Below are positions 47,996 through 58,600 of a stretch of 64,000 nucleotides of DNA, piece after piece (the stretch's first letter is position 1; every line of letters starts with the position of its first letter). The position numbers were made by a program, and so were the translations under genes. The DNA is from TPA_inf: Saccharomyces (Eukaryota). Under the pieces are notes generated by a model. It was not told the DNA's origin. It was given only the letters and a program-made list of their open reading frames with translations, and did not search any database. The stretch spans positions 96,001 to 160,000 of the forward strand of contig BK006934.2 in the NCBI GenBank assembly GCA_000146045.2, written 5' to 3'.

Positions 47996-50062
47996 ATGCC
48001 TGTTTCGGAAGCGTTTGCCAAGTTGTGTGTGAATGAGAAGCCTCCTGCTGAATCTGCCGTTGCGGTGAAGTCTTTGGTCTTCAAACCAAAGACTCCAAAG
48101 TCCGCCACCCCTGTTCCTATCGTTGTGGTGGCTTTGCAATCTACTACTACTCCTTCTGCGTTGATTGCCAACGCTACGTCCAGTAAGGATCCAAGATTGG
48201 CTCGCGATGATTTGGTCAAGCAAGCGTTCCAATCTGAATCCGCTAGAGCTTTTATCTTGGGGGATTTGGCTAACGCCACGTCCAATTTTCACTTGCTAAT
48301 TGATCACGAGTTGGGTACTGTTGACGGTGACACTATCTTGCAGTTAAACGACAGTACTTATATGAAGAAATCTGACATGATGAAATTTCTAAACAATTTT
48401 GAGGATAGTCAAAAAGTGGTTGATTTCTCCCAAGAGGTGTCTAAGGAAACCGCTACAGAAGGCAAGAAACAACAGAAAAAGCAGCAACCTTCTAAGGCAG
48501 GCACTGCAGCAGCAGCAGCAGCAGCAGCTTTGGAAGACGCCAAACTTATTGGTATCACCGTAGACAAAGCGTTGGATTTCCCAGGCTGGTACCAACAAAT
48601 CTTGACCAAGGGTGAAATGTTGGACTACTACGATGTTTCTGGCTGTTACATCTTAAGACCTCCTTCTTATGCGATCTGGGAAAACATTCAGAAATGGTTC
48701 GACGACAAGATCAAGGCCATTGGTGTACAAAATGCCTATTTCCCAATGTTTGTTTCCTCACGTGTGTTGGAAAAGGAAAAGGACCATGTTGAAGGCTTTG
48801 CTCCAGAAGTTGCCTGGGTCACCAGAGCTGGCTCCTCTGAATTGGAAGAACCAATCGCCATTAGACCAACTTCTGAAACTGTCATGTATCCTTACTACGC
48901 AAAATGGGTCCAGTCTTACAGAGATTTACCATTGAAACTAAACCAATGGAATTCTGTGGTTAGATGGGAATTCAAGCATCCTCAGCCCTTTTTAAGAACC
49001 AGAGAATTCTTGTGGCAAGAAGGTCATACTGCTCACTTGACTGCTAAGGATGCCGAAGAGGAGGTTTTGCAAATCTTAGATTTCTACGCTGGGGTTTACG
49101 AAGAGTTATTAGCTGTTCCAGTGGTTAAGGGTAGAAAGACCGAAAAGGAAAAATTTGCTGGTGGTGACTTCACCACAACTTGTGAAGGCTATATTCCACA
49201 AACCGGTCGTGGTATTCAAGGTGCCACCTCTCACCATTTGGGCCAAAACTTTTCTAAGATGTTCAATTTGTCTGTGGAGAACCCACTAGGTTCTGATCAT
49301 CCAAAGATCTTTGCGTACCAAAATTCATGGGGTTTATCCACTCGTGTCATTGGTGTCATGGTCATGATCCACTCTGACAACAAGGGTTTGGTTATCCCAC
49401 CAAGAGTGTCCCAATTCCAATCCGTTGTCATTCCAGTGGGCATCACAAAGAAGACCTCTGAGGAACAGCGTAAACACATTCATGAAACAGCCAGAAGTGT
49501 GGAATCCCGTTTGAAAAAGGTTGGCATTAGAGCCTTTGGTGACTATAACGATAATTACACACCAGGTTGGAAATTTTCCCAATACGAGCTAAAGGGTATT
49601 CCAATCCGTATTGAATTAGGTCCTAAGGATATTGAAAAAAACCAAGTCGTTGTCGTTCGTAGAAATGACTCCAAGAAATACGTCGTTTCTTTCGACGAAT
49701 TGGAAGCCCGTATCCCAGAAATCTTAGAAGAAATGCAAGGAGATTTGTTCAAAAAAGCCAAGGAGCTATTCGACACCCACAGAGTTATCGTTAATGAATG
49801 GAGTGGTTTTGTTCCAGCATTGAACAAGAAGAACGTTATCTTAGCACCATGGTGTGGTGTGATGGAATGTGAAGAAGATATCAAGGAATCTTCTGCAAAG
49901 AAAGACGATGGTGAAGAATTCGAGGAAGATGACAAGGCACCAAGTATGGGTGCCAAATCTTTATGTATCCCATTCGACCAACCTGTATTGAATGAAGGTC
50001 AAAAATGTATCAAGTGTGAACGTATTGCTGTCAATTACTGTATGTTCGGTCGTTCTTATTAG
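47996..50062 (+). CDS. Prolyl-tRNA synthetase (YHR020W), class IIa, 688 aa
   Basis: ProRS catalytic core (…FLRTREFLWQEGHTAH…, motif 3 …GGD…), a C-terminal zinc-binding CxxC…CxxC domain and a yeast-specific N-terminal extension with a poly-Ala run. Confidence 0.9.
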   Translation: MPVSEAFAKLCVNEKPPAESAVAVKSLVFKPKTPKSATPVPIVVVALQSTTTPSALIANATSSKDPRLARDDLVKQAFQSESARAFILGDLANATSNFHLLIDHELGTVDGDTILQLNDSTYMKKSDMMKFLNNFEDSQKVVDFSQEVSKETATEGKKQQKKQQPSKAGTAAAAAAAALEDAKLIGITVDKALDFPGWYQQILTKGEMLDYYDVSGCYILRPPSYAIWENIQKWFDDKIKAIGVQNAYFPMFVSSRVLEKEKDHVEGFAPEVAWVTRAGSSELEEPIAIRPTSETVMYPYYAKWVQSYRDLPLKLNQWNSVVRWEFKHPQPFLRTREFLWQEGHTAHLTAKDAEEEVLQILDFYAGVYEELLAVPVVKGRKTEKEKFAGGDFTTTCEGYIPQTGRGIQGATSHHLGQNFSKMFNLSVENPLGSDHPKIFAYQNSWGLSTRVIGVMVMIHSDNKGLVIPPRVSQFQSVVIPVGITKKTSEEQRKHIHETARSVESRLKKVGIRAFGDYNDNYTPGWKFSQYELKGIPIRIELGPKDIEKNQVVVVRRNDSKKYVVSFDELEARIPEILEEMQGDLFKKAKELFDTHRVIVNEWSGFVPALNKKNVILAPWCGVMECEEDIKESSAKKDDGEEFEEDDKAPSMGAKSLCIPFDQPVLNEGQKCIKCERIAVNYCMFGRSY

Positions 50063-50241
50063 TTGCATTTCCCACCTATAATTTTCATGTATAGAGTTTT
50101 TATTTTGTGCTTTTTATCTTTCTAAAAATCAAATATCATCATTTTCAAATAATGTTTCCGCTATTAAATGTACCTTACCATGTTGACAGCTTATACATTA
50201 ACAGACCTTTATAGTACTGTTATGGTAATAACAAAAAAGAT

Positions 50242-50314
50242 TGGACGAGTCCGGAATCGAACCGGAGACCTCTCCCATGCTAAGGGAGCGCGCTACCGAC
50301 TACGCCACACGCCC
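50242..50314 (-). tRNA. tA(AGC): tRNA-Ala (anticodon AGC), 73 nt
   Basis: The minus-strand sequence is GGGCGTGTGGCGTAGTCGGTAGCGCGCTCCCTTAGCATGGGAGAGGTCTCCGGTTCGATTCCGGACTCGTCCA. The anticodon loop is TTAGCAT. Confidence 0.92.
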
Positions 50315-50330
50315 TGATATTTGTTGAATG

Positions 50331-50671
50331 TGTTGTATTACGGGCTCGAGTAATACCGGAGTGTCTTGACAATCCTAATCTGAACAGTCTTAGGGAAGTA
50401 ACCAGTTGTCAAAACGGTTTATCAGATTAATTCACGGAATGTTACTTATCTTATATATTATATAAAATATGAATCATACTAAGTGGTGGAAGCGCGGAAT
50501 CTCGGATCTAAACTAATTGTTCAGGCATTTATACTTTTGGGTAGTTCAGCTAGGGAAGGACGGGTTTTGTCTCATGTTGTTCGTTTTGTTATAAGGTTGT
50601 TTCATATGTGTTTTATGAACGTTTAGGATGACGTATTGTCATACTGACGTATCTCATTTTGAGATACAACA
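50331..50671 (-). mobile_element. Solo sigma element (Ty3 LTR), 341 bp, minus orientation, beginning 16 bp upstream of the tRNA-Ala 5' end
   Basis: TGTTGTATTACGGGCTCGAGTAATACCGGAGTGTCTTGACAATCC … TTTTGAGATACAACA. It has TGTTGTAT/ATACAACA inverted termini. The spacing to the tRNA matches the Ty3 integration specificity. Confidence 0.9.
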
Positions 50672-51870
50672 GAATGAGTGGTATTAAAGAAATAAGGAAT
50701 ACCATAAGGTTGATCAAAATTAAATATTGGAAGGAAGGTAACTAGCTTTTTGACTTTATTATTGTTGGAACTAATAATCATTAATATTCGACACTTTAAA
50801 AATTTTTTATAAGATTAATATCGTTGCAATTAATACACCGTTTGTTGCTATGCTAACAATGTGAATACGCACACCGTATATTTATGTTCATTTCGTATAT
50901 GTTTTTGCATGGGTGTGCCTTTTGCAGAAGACAGAAATGTTGTTCTGGCAAGGGAGACAATAGTTCAGTTGAGGTAAGGCCCTATTAGTTGAACATTAGA
51001 GTGCAAGTCATATATATGAGTAAAATGGGTGTCACATTAAATATATCGTGACTACCCAATCTTCTATTGTATTGGTGGTATTTAAGGTGAACTAATCCGC
51101 ATGTGTTTTATATAATTTCAGACAGAAACAATTATCCTTAGTGAAAAAAATAAGAAAATTCTGGTTCGGTTATTGAGTTATTTTAAAACCTTATTCCTAA
51201 CAGCAGCTTTCACTATTTCCAGTGACATTTATGCCCGGTATAATGACCATTGCAATAACATGTATACATGTAATTCCAGGTGCATCATTTATGCTTCTGG
51301 CACTTACAGTATAGATTTTAATACCAAAAAATGGTATCAGTAATGTTACCAGCGATTTCTAACCAAATGTGACTGGTATTACTATTAGGGTATTCGATGT
51401 ATCAAATGTTACTATCATTATCACTATTGTGGATATAGTATTGGGCTCTATCACGATACTCCATTTAACTCCTACAAAGAGGTTACGCTCGGATGAAATG
51501 CCTTTGTTTAACACCACAGCAGCTAACTGTGGCTACAGGGTCGAGGACTATATCTGCACTTTTATGGTCATTACTAAGAATACTAGAGAAACTTACTGTA
51601 CGATACAATTCAAATGACAAAACCTCCTCTCCTACGGATTGTGCCTTTGATCATAAGATTAACAATGTCAAGAATGTTCCTCTCCTTTTAAACATCATTG
51701 GAAAATTCATTATTTAAATATATAATGAACCTGCCGACCTACTTCAACATCGCCTCCTTAGCGTATCCTTTCCGATTCTAAAAGGTTAATTTAATTGATT
51801 AAAAGTAAATTTATATTTATATATTTAGATAAAAGAAGATGATTTTAACTACACAAAAAAATAAATTAAC

Positions 51871-52669
51871 TTACTTTCTTCTGAAAGAAGTACCTTCAGA
51901 TAATTTGGCCTTACCACCGGTTGGAGTACATAAGACAGTAGAGCATGATTCACAAGTGACAGCAGTTTGAGCATGAGAAAAAACAGTGGTGATGTTCAAA
52001 CAACCTGGGCATTTGACATCCAAGAAGTAGGATCTTGGGCCTTGAACCAAAGTCTTTAACTTGTGCTTTCTGGCTTCAGAAGCAGCAGTTGGGTGCAACA
52101 AATCTTGAACTAAAACCTGTAATGAAATAAATAGAAACGAAAACGAAAGTCGTTTCACAAAAAAATTGATGTTAGTAATTTGAAAACTGTAGGGTTGGGT
52201 AGGATACATCAGAAAAGTTAGAGGAGACAGGAAAAAGTGAGCATTTGTGCTCCAAAAAAAGAAGGATAAATCATTACCCAGCAGTATCCGGCATCATGAT
52301 CCGCCATCTTCAACTGCTATAAGTTTCTATTATTGTTAGATTACCCATAACTCAACACCATATGCTTATCTCCACAGTAGATCTCAAATTTTCTGCTATA
52401 CAGAGCCTTTCAATTCCCTATCTAAAAATTAATTGCTTTCTTTGCACGTCTTTAAAGTCTCCGTTACCAGTTTAATGCATGATTTGTTGATTTTGCGGAA
52501 ACGCATACTCCTATCAAATGTCAGAGGTTGATTACTGCTTTATTTTCCTTTCTTTCTTTTTATTTTAGGCTTTTTTCTTCTACTAGAATTTCATCCGAAT
52601 TCATTCCTCAAATATTGTTCTCTTCTGTTTCCTTCACATCTTATGTTTAATATCTCTTTCACATACCAT
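51871..52669 (-). CDS. RPS27B: RPS27B, ribosomal protein S27; spliced: exon 1 52667-52669 (ATG only), exon 2 51871-52116; 82 aa
   Basis: ATG|GTATGT at 52669-52661 on the minus strand. The branch point TACTAAC is the complement of 52171-52177, and the CAG acceptor ends at 52117. Exon 2 encodes [81 protein letters not shown] with a C4 zinc ribbon. Confidence 0.88.
52117..52666 (-). other. RPS27B intron (550 nt)
   Basis: Its boundaries are forced by the conserved S27 N-terminus MVLVQDLL. A phantom in-frame ATG at 52209 inside the intron accounts for the 112-aa ORF in the track. Confidence 0.85.
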
Positions 52670-53075
52670 ATTGATCTAATATATATGCACTAATTATCTG
52701 GTGTGTTTTCGTATTCTCTAAATAAAAGCAAATGCTATATAGAACTTTTAACGTCTAATATCAATTATAGATAGTGTTAATGACTTGCAAGTTACAGCAC
52801 ACATGAAAGATGAGAGCATACTTACTAAACTGGGCCCAAGAAAGGTCAGCGGGAAGCAGAGGGGAATTGCTGCATTTCCCACCACGTCCTGGTGGGAGTT
52901 TCCTTTCCGAGAGCCACATTGCCTAGCTAGAGGAAGAGAGCCTTGGGCGGGGCGGATCCCGTCTAGATGGGTGGCAAACAAAAGTTTATGGTGGCCCGTG
53001 TTAAATGCGAACACACCTTCCTTTTTTCTTCTGAAATTTCCCCGGCAGATTTTTATTAAATTTTTTTCTTTATAA

Positions 53076-53110
53076 TCCAATGGTGCATGGGTGAAAATGT
53101 ATGGGCTAAA
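53076..53110 (-). promoter_or_regulatory. Tandem Rap1-like sites (TCACCCATGCACC and AGCCCATACATTTTC on the minus strand), about 410-440 bp upstream of the RPS27B ATG
   Basis: Matches to ACACCCRYACAYM, oriented toward RPS27B. Confidence 0.55.
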
Positions 53111-53574
53111 TACAAGAAAGGATGTCAATATTTCTTTTTTACGCGGAAGGTTATAATAGACGTAAGTAATATGGAAAGAATTTATGGGATTTATAAAATA
53201 GATAATAAGTAGATAGCTGTCACAATGAACAGATCTTTTCACTTTCTAATAAAGTACATATATATACATGTTCTTCTTGTTTTTTATTTTCACATTAAGC
53301 AGCAGGCTATTATGCCTTTTTTTATTTTTTTCTTTTCATCATTCGACGGACTTTCATTTGACCTTCGAGTGGTAGCGTTTTTAGCCAAGCACGTTTTCGT
53401 TGGCGTTTGTTCACCCTTTTTTGTTGTAGGTTTTTTTGGTTCATCTAGAGTAGTTGTTACTGAATGGCTTTCGAAGCTTGTATTACCTCCTCCTCCAGTT
53501 TCAATAACACAGGTCTTCTCTTTGTCACGTAAGAGAGGCGAATTCTCCAGCGGATACATCTTGATTATAAACCC

Positions 53575-54345
53575 TTACAAAAGTTTCCTGCGATCACTTT
53601 TAGATTTTTCAATTTTCAATAATACTGCCAAGAACAAATCTTCAACATTTACATTGAACTTGGAGGATGTCTCAAAATAGTCTAAATTGCCTGGCGAGAA
53701 ACCCAGCTCTTGGATAAATGTTAAAACCTTTTCATGAGTAATTGTTCTTTCCGAATCAAGATCACATTTCGTACACGCTATAATAATTGGAATATCCAAT
53801 TCACATTCCAAACGTACGTGGTGAATAATACAAATATAAGACTCTAAGCTGGCAAGAGAGCTGTCATTAGTAGAATCGAAACATAATATAATTGCATCAG
53901 ACTGCCTAATTTGAAGAGTAGTTAGCTCCGAAAGGTACGAAACCTCCATTTGATTGGTATCAAAAACTTGAACATCAATACTGGTGCGTCTTTGAGCAGT
54001 CGATTTATTGGCATTGATCAGGCGCTCTTCTAGGAAATTGCCACAACTTTCATAAATTGTGCCAGAGTTTTTAGCTTTGAAACCCGCATAATTCGGCAAC
54101 TGTCCTTTTACGCCAAAGGTACGATAGTATTTTACCAAAGTATCAAATTGGATTGTCTTGTGGTAGAGGTCCGAAACCCTATAACGATTAGCATCTGATA
54201 TTTGAAATGAACTACCTAGCCAACTGCGAACCAGAGAAGTTTTTCCAGAATGATCATCCCCCATTACAGTAATCTTCGAAGATTTCAAGTCGAAACATCT
54301 TGGGATTGACGCAAGGCTTGCGCCGTATGATAAGCGAACACTCAT
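53575..54345 (-). CDS. YHR022C, Ras-like small GTPase of unknown function, 256 aa
   Basis: P-loop GDDHSGKTS and an NKxD-like TKCD motif, in a small-GTPase fold. Confidence 0.8.
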   Translation of the reverse strand: MSVRLSYGASLASIPRCFDLKSSKITVMGDDHSGKTSLVRSWLGSSFQISDANRYRVSDLYHKTIQFDTLVKYYRTFGVKGQLPNYAGFKAKNSGTIYESCGNFLEERLINANKSTAQRRTSIDVQVFDTNQMEVSYLSELTTLQIRQSDAIILCFDSTNDSSLASLESYICIIHHVRLECELDIPIIIACTKCDLDSERTITHEKVLTFIQELGFSPGNLDYFETSSKFNVNVEDLFLAVLLKIEKSKSDRRKLL

Positions 54346-55665
54346 AGCGTTTGACCTAATACGGTATAATTAAAAGAAAAAAAGACAAAAAAATAGGATA
54401 GCCAACACAGAGCAGAACCTTAACAATTTCTCTAGATACAATTTACATGCTCAGCGTTTCTTTATATACATTCTCCCTGTATATATTCCTTTGAAAATTT
54501 CTTAGATTTTTTTGAAATTAAATAATAAGTAACGAGCCAAGATCGTTAAGGTAAGTACTTGAAAAGGATTTTTCAAAGAAGGCAAGCATAGACGATCTCT
54601 ACGACATTTTTTTTTGCCCTTGATGTTCTTATGAAAAACAACTTCTACAAGTTGTACTTATCAGAAGTGCAAAAAAAAAAAATTGTTTAGACGACAAAAA
54701 TAGCGTTTAATAATCAAGGTCATGGCTTTTAAACAAAGCGTTAATCTTAATCCCTATATCTCCTCTAAAATGGACGTAGCTTTTACAAAGGGATATTACG
54801 CTTGAGTATCCCTTTTGAAGATCGTTGCACCATTACGTATTAAAGCATTTTTTTTCCTCCGTCAAGATCTTACCCGAATACTGCTGCAGGACATACAAAG
54901 CGCACTGACATGACGCAGGAAGATTGATTAGAACCGTCCGCAAAATTTTCTTTGTTACAGCATTAGTAACGCATCACCTCCTTCTCAAGCTAGGGCACTT
55001 TTAACTCATAAAGCGACACATTGCCTTTTCAAATATTGTAGCTTTTCAAATCACGCAATGGAATATTTGCAGCATTCATTGTTCCGTCAAAAGTAAAATT
55101 TATTTTTAGTACTTCAACGTGGAAGGCAAACCTTGCCTTATACCTTTACATGGATGGTTTTATGCTATTGTGAAACGAAGTCAAAAGGCTAAACAAAAAG
55201 ATAAAGGAGGGGCATATTATCGGACCACCTCGTATAGCAAGAAAGGGTACTTATCAAAAGAAAAGGTCGCTGAAAATCGAGCCCCTCTTGAGAATTTGAT
55301 TTTCATACATATCCCTTTTCTCTTCCGGGTTAAAGCCTTTACATAAATGTGTCATTGTATAGCATTACTTTTTTTTTGGTGTGAAAAAAAAATCGGAAAA
55401 ATATTCACAGGGTAATGCTGAGATAGCTTTTCTTACCCTCCTTGGAATTTGGAATATTTCGAGATTTCATCATTTAGCCCAAAAGGGTAATTGCGTAAAC
55501 ATTTGTAATTTCTTGGTGTATTTGTTTTGATTGTTCATTGTTTATGACCAGCTACTTTATTCATACTCTTCCACACTACTTTTTTTTTCTTGATTACATC
55601 TCGAATCCTGCGAACTTCGTGGTTAGAAGATCATAACAAAGTTAGACAGGACAACAACAGCAATA

Positions 55666-58600
55666 ATGACCGGCGGGCAGTCTTGCAGTTCTAATATGAT
55701 CGTCTGGATACCAGATGAGAAAGAAGTTTTCGTAAAAGGGGAGCTGATGAGTACCGATATCAACAAGAATAAATTTACAGGCCAAGAAGAACAAATAGGA
55801 ATTGTCCACCCGTTGGATTCCACAGAGGTTTCTAATCTAGTGCAGGTACGAATATCCGATGTATTTCCAGTTAACCCATCGACTTTTGACAAAGTAGAGA
55901 ATATGTCTGAGTTAACCCATTTGAATGAGCCGTCTGTGCTTTATAACCTAGAAAAGAGGTACGATTGTGATCTAATATACACCTATTCCGGCTTATTTTT
56001 AGTGGCGATTAACCCTTATCACAATTTGAATTTATATTCTGAAGACCATATAAACTTGTACCACAACAAGCATAACAGGTTATCAAAGAGCAGATTGGAT
56101 GAAAACTCCCATGAAAAACTGCCGCCGCATATATTTGCAATTGCAGAAGAAGCCTATGAGAATCTTTTATCTGAAGGAAAAGATCAATCTATTTTAGTCA
56201 CTGGTGAATCCGGTGCGGGCAAGACAGAAAATACGAAAAAGATTCTACAATATCTAGCATCTATAACTTCTGGCTCTCCTTCCAATATAGCTCCTGTTAG
56301 TGGTAGTTCTATTGTAGAAAGCTTCGAAATGAAAATTCTACAAAGTAACCCTATCTTAGAGTCTTTTGGTAATGCACAGACTGTACGAAATAACAACTCT
56401 TCAAGATTCGGTAAATTCATAAAGATAGAATTTAATGAACATGGTATGATCAATGGTGCGCATATCGAGTGGTACCTTTTAGAGAAATCAAGAATTGTTC
56501 ATCAAAATTCGAAAGAAAGAAATTATCATATATTTTACCAACTATTATCCGGTTTAGACGATTCTGAGTTGAAAAATCTACGCCTTAAATCTAGGAACGT
56601 AAAAGATTACAAAATTTTATCCAATTCTAACCAGGATATTATACCAGGAATCAACGACGTAGAGAATTTTAAAGAACTGCTCTCGGCATTGAATATTATT
56701 GGGTTTTCAAAAGATCAAATAAGATGGATATTTCAAGTAGTGGCAATTATTTTATTAATCGGTAACATTGAGTTCGTATCAGACAGAGCAGAACAAGCAT
56801 CTTTCAAAAATGATGTTAGCGCAATTTGTAGCAATTTAGGCGTGGACGAAAAAGATTTCCAAACTGCCATATTAAGGCCTAGATCAAAAGCCGGAAAAGA
56901 GTGGGTTTCACAGTCCAAAAACTCTCAACAAGCTAAGTTCATCTTGAATGCCTTATCAAGAAATCTTTATGAGCGGTTGTTCGGATATATTGTGGATATG
57001 ATTAATAAAAACTTGGACCATGGGAGTGCAACTTTGAATTACATTGGATTGTTGGATATTGCTGGTTTTGAAATATTCGAAAATAATTCCTTTGAACAAT
57101 TATGCATCAACTATACAAATGAAAAATTACAGCAGTTCTTTAATAACCATATGTTTGTTTTAGAACAGAGCGAATATTTAAAGGAAAACATTCAATGGGA
57201 TTATATAGATTACGGAAAAGATTTGCAACTGACGATTGATTTGATCGAAAGCAAGGGGCCACCGACCGGTGTACTACCGTTGTTGGATGAGGAAGCCGTT
57301 TTGCCCAAATCCACTGATGAGTCATTCTACTCTAAACTGATCTCAACTTGGGACCAAAACTCTTCAAAGTTTAAACGTTCAAGATTAAAAAATGGGTTCA
57401 TTTTGAAACACTATGCTGGGGATGTGGAATACACTGTGGAAGGCTGGTTATCCAAAAACAAAGATCCTTTAAACGATAATCTCTTGTCTTTGTTGTCTTC
57501 TTCACAAAACGATATCATTTCAAAACTGTTCCAGCCAGAGGGCGAAAAATCTTCTAGTGCTGGTGTGGAAGCCAACATCTCCAACCAAGAAGTTAAGAAA
57601 TCAGCTAGGACAAGTACCTTCAAGACTACATCATCACGCCATAGAGAACAGCAGATAACATTACTAAATCAACTAGCTTCTACCCACCCACATTTTGTTC
57701 GTTGTATAATTCCAAACAACGTGAAAAAAGTGAAAACATTTAACAGAAGGTTAATCTTAGATCAATTACGTTGTAATGGTGTGCTAGAGGGTATTAGACT
57801 TGCCAGAGAAGGTTACCCAAATAGGATAGCATTCCAAGAATTTTTCCAGCGGTATAGGATCTTGTATCCTGAAAATTCAACCACCACGACTTTCAGTTCT
57901 AAATTAAAAGCCAGTACCAAACAAAACTGTGAGTTTCTTCTAACGTCTTTGCAACTGGATACAAAAGTTTATAAAATTGGTAATACTAAACTGTTTTTCA
58001 AAGCTGGAGTATTGGCAGATTTGGAAAAACAAAAAGATGTTAAGCTGAATAATATTATGATTAAACTAACAGCAACTATACGAGGTTACACAGTAAGAAA
58101 AGAAATAACGTACCATCTACAAAAATTAAAGAAAACAAGGGTGATTGGTAATACCTTCAGATTATACAATAGACTGGTGAAGGAAGATCCTTGGTTTAAT
58201 TTATTTATCAGGATCAAGCCACTTTTAACATCATCCAATGACATGACCAGAACCAAAAAATTCAACGAGCAAATTAATAAACTGAAGAACGACCTTCAAG
58301 AAATGGAATCTAAGAAGAAGTTTTTGGAAGAAAAGAACCAAAAAACTGTCAATGAGTTGGAAAATACGCAGGACTTGCTAAATCAGGAGAAAGAGAATTT
58401 AAGAAAAAATGAGAGCTTATTAAATAGAGTTAAAACCAGCTCAGAAACATTACAAAAACAATTCGATGACCTTGTTTCTGAAAAGGATGAAATTAGCAGG
58501 GAAAAACTAGAAGTTGCGCAAAATCTTGAAGAAGCTCATCAAAAAATCCAAGGCCTTCAAGAAACTATTAGAGAACGGGAGGCGACCTTAGAGAAATTAC

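Noticed and set aside
50763-51133. A Ty4 tau LTR starting at TGTTGGAAC.
   Set aside because: I could not find the matching terminal inverted repeat (…GTTCCAACA) about 371 bp downstream, nor anywhere in the block. I kept it as an open question in the findings rather than calling it.
52207-52209. An ATG giving a 112-aa ORF for RPS27B (MYPTQPYSF…).
   Set aside because: It lies inside the intron. The true initiator is the ATG at 52669-52667, spliced to 52116. The conserved S27 N-terminus is recovered only that way.
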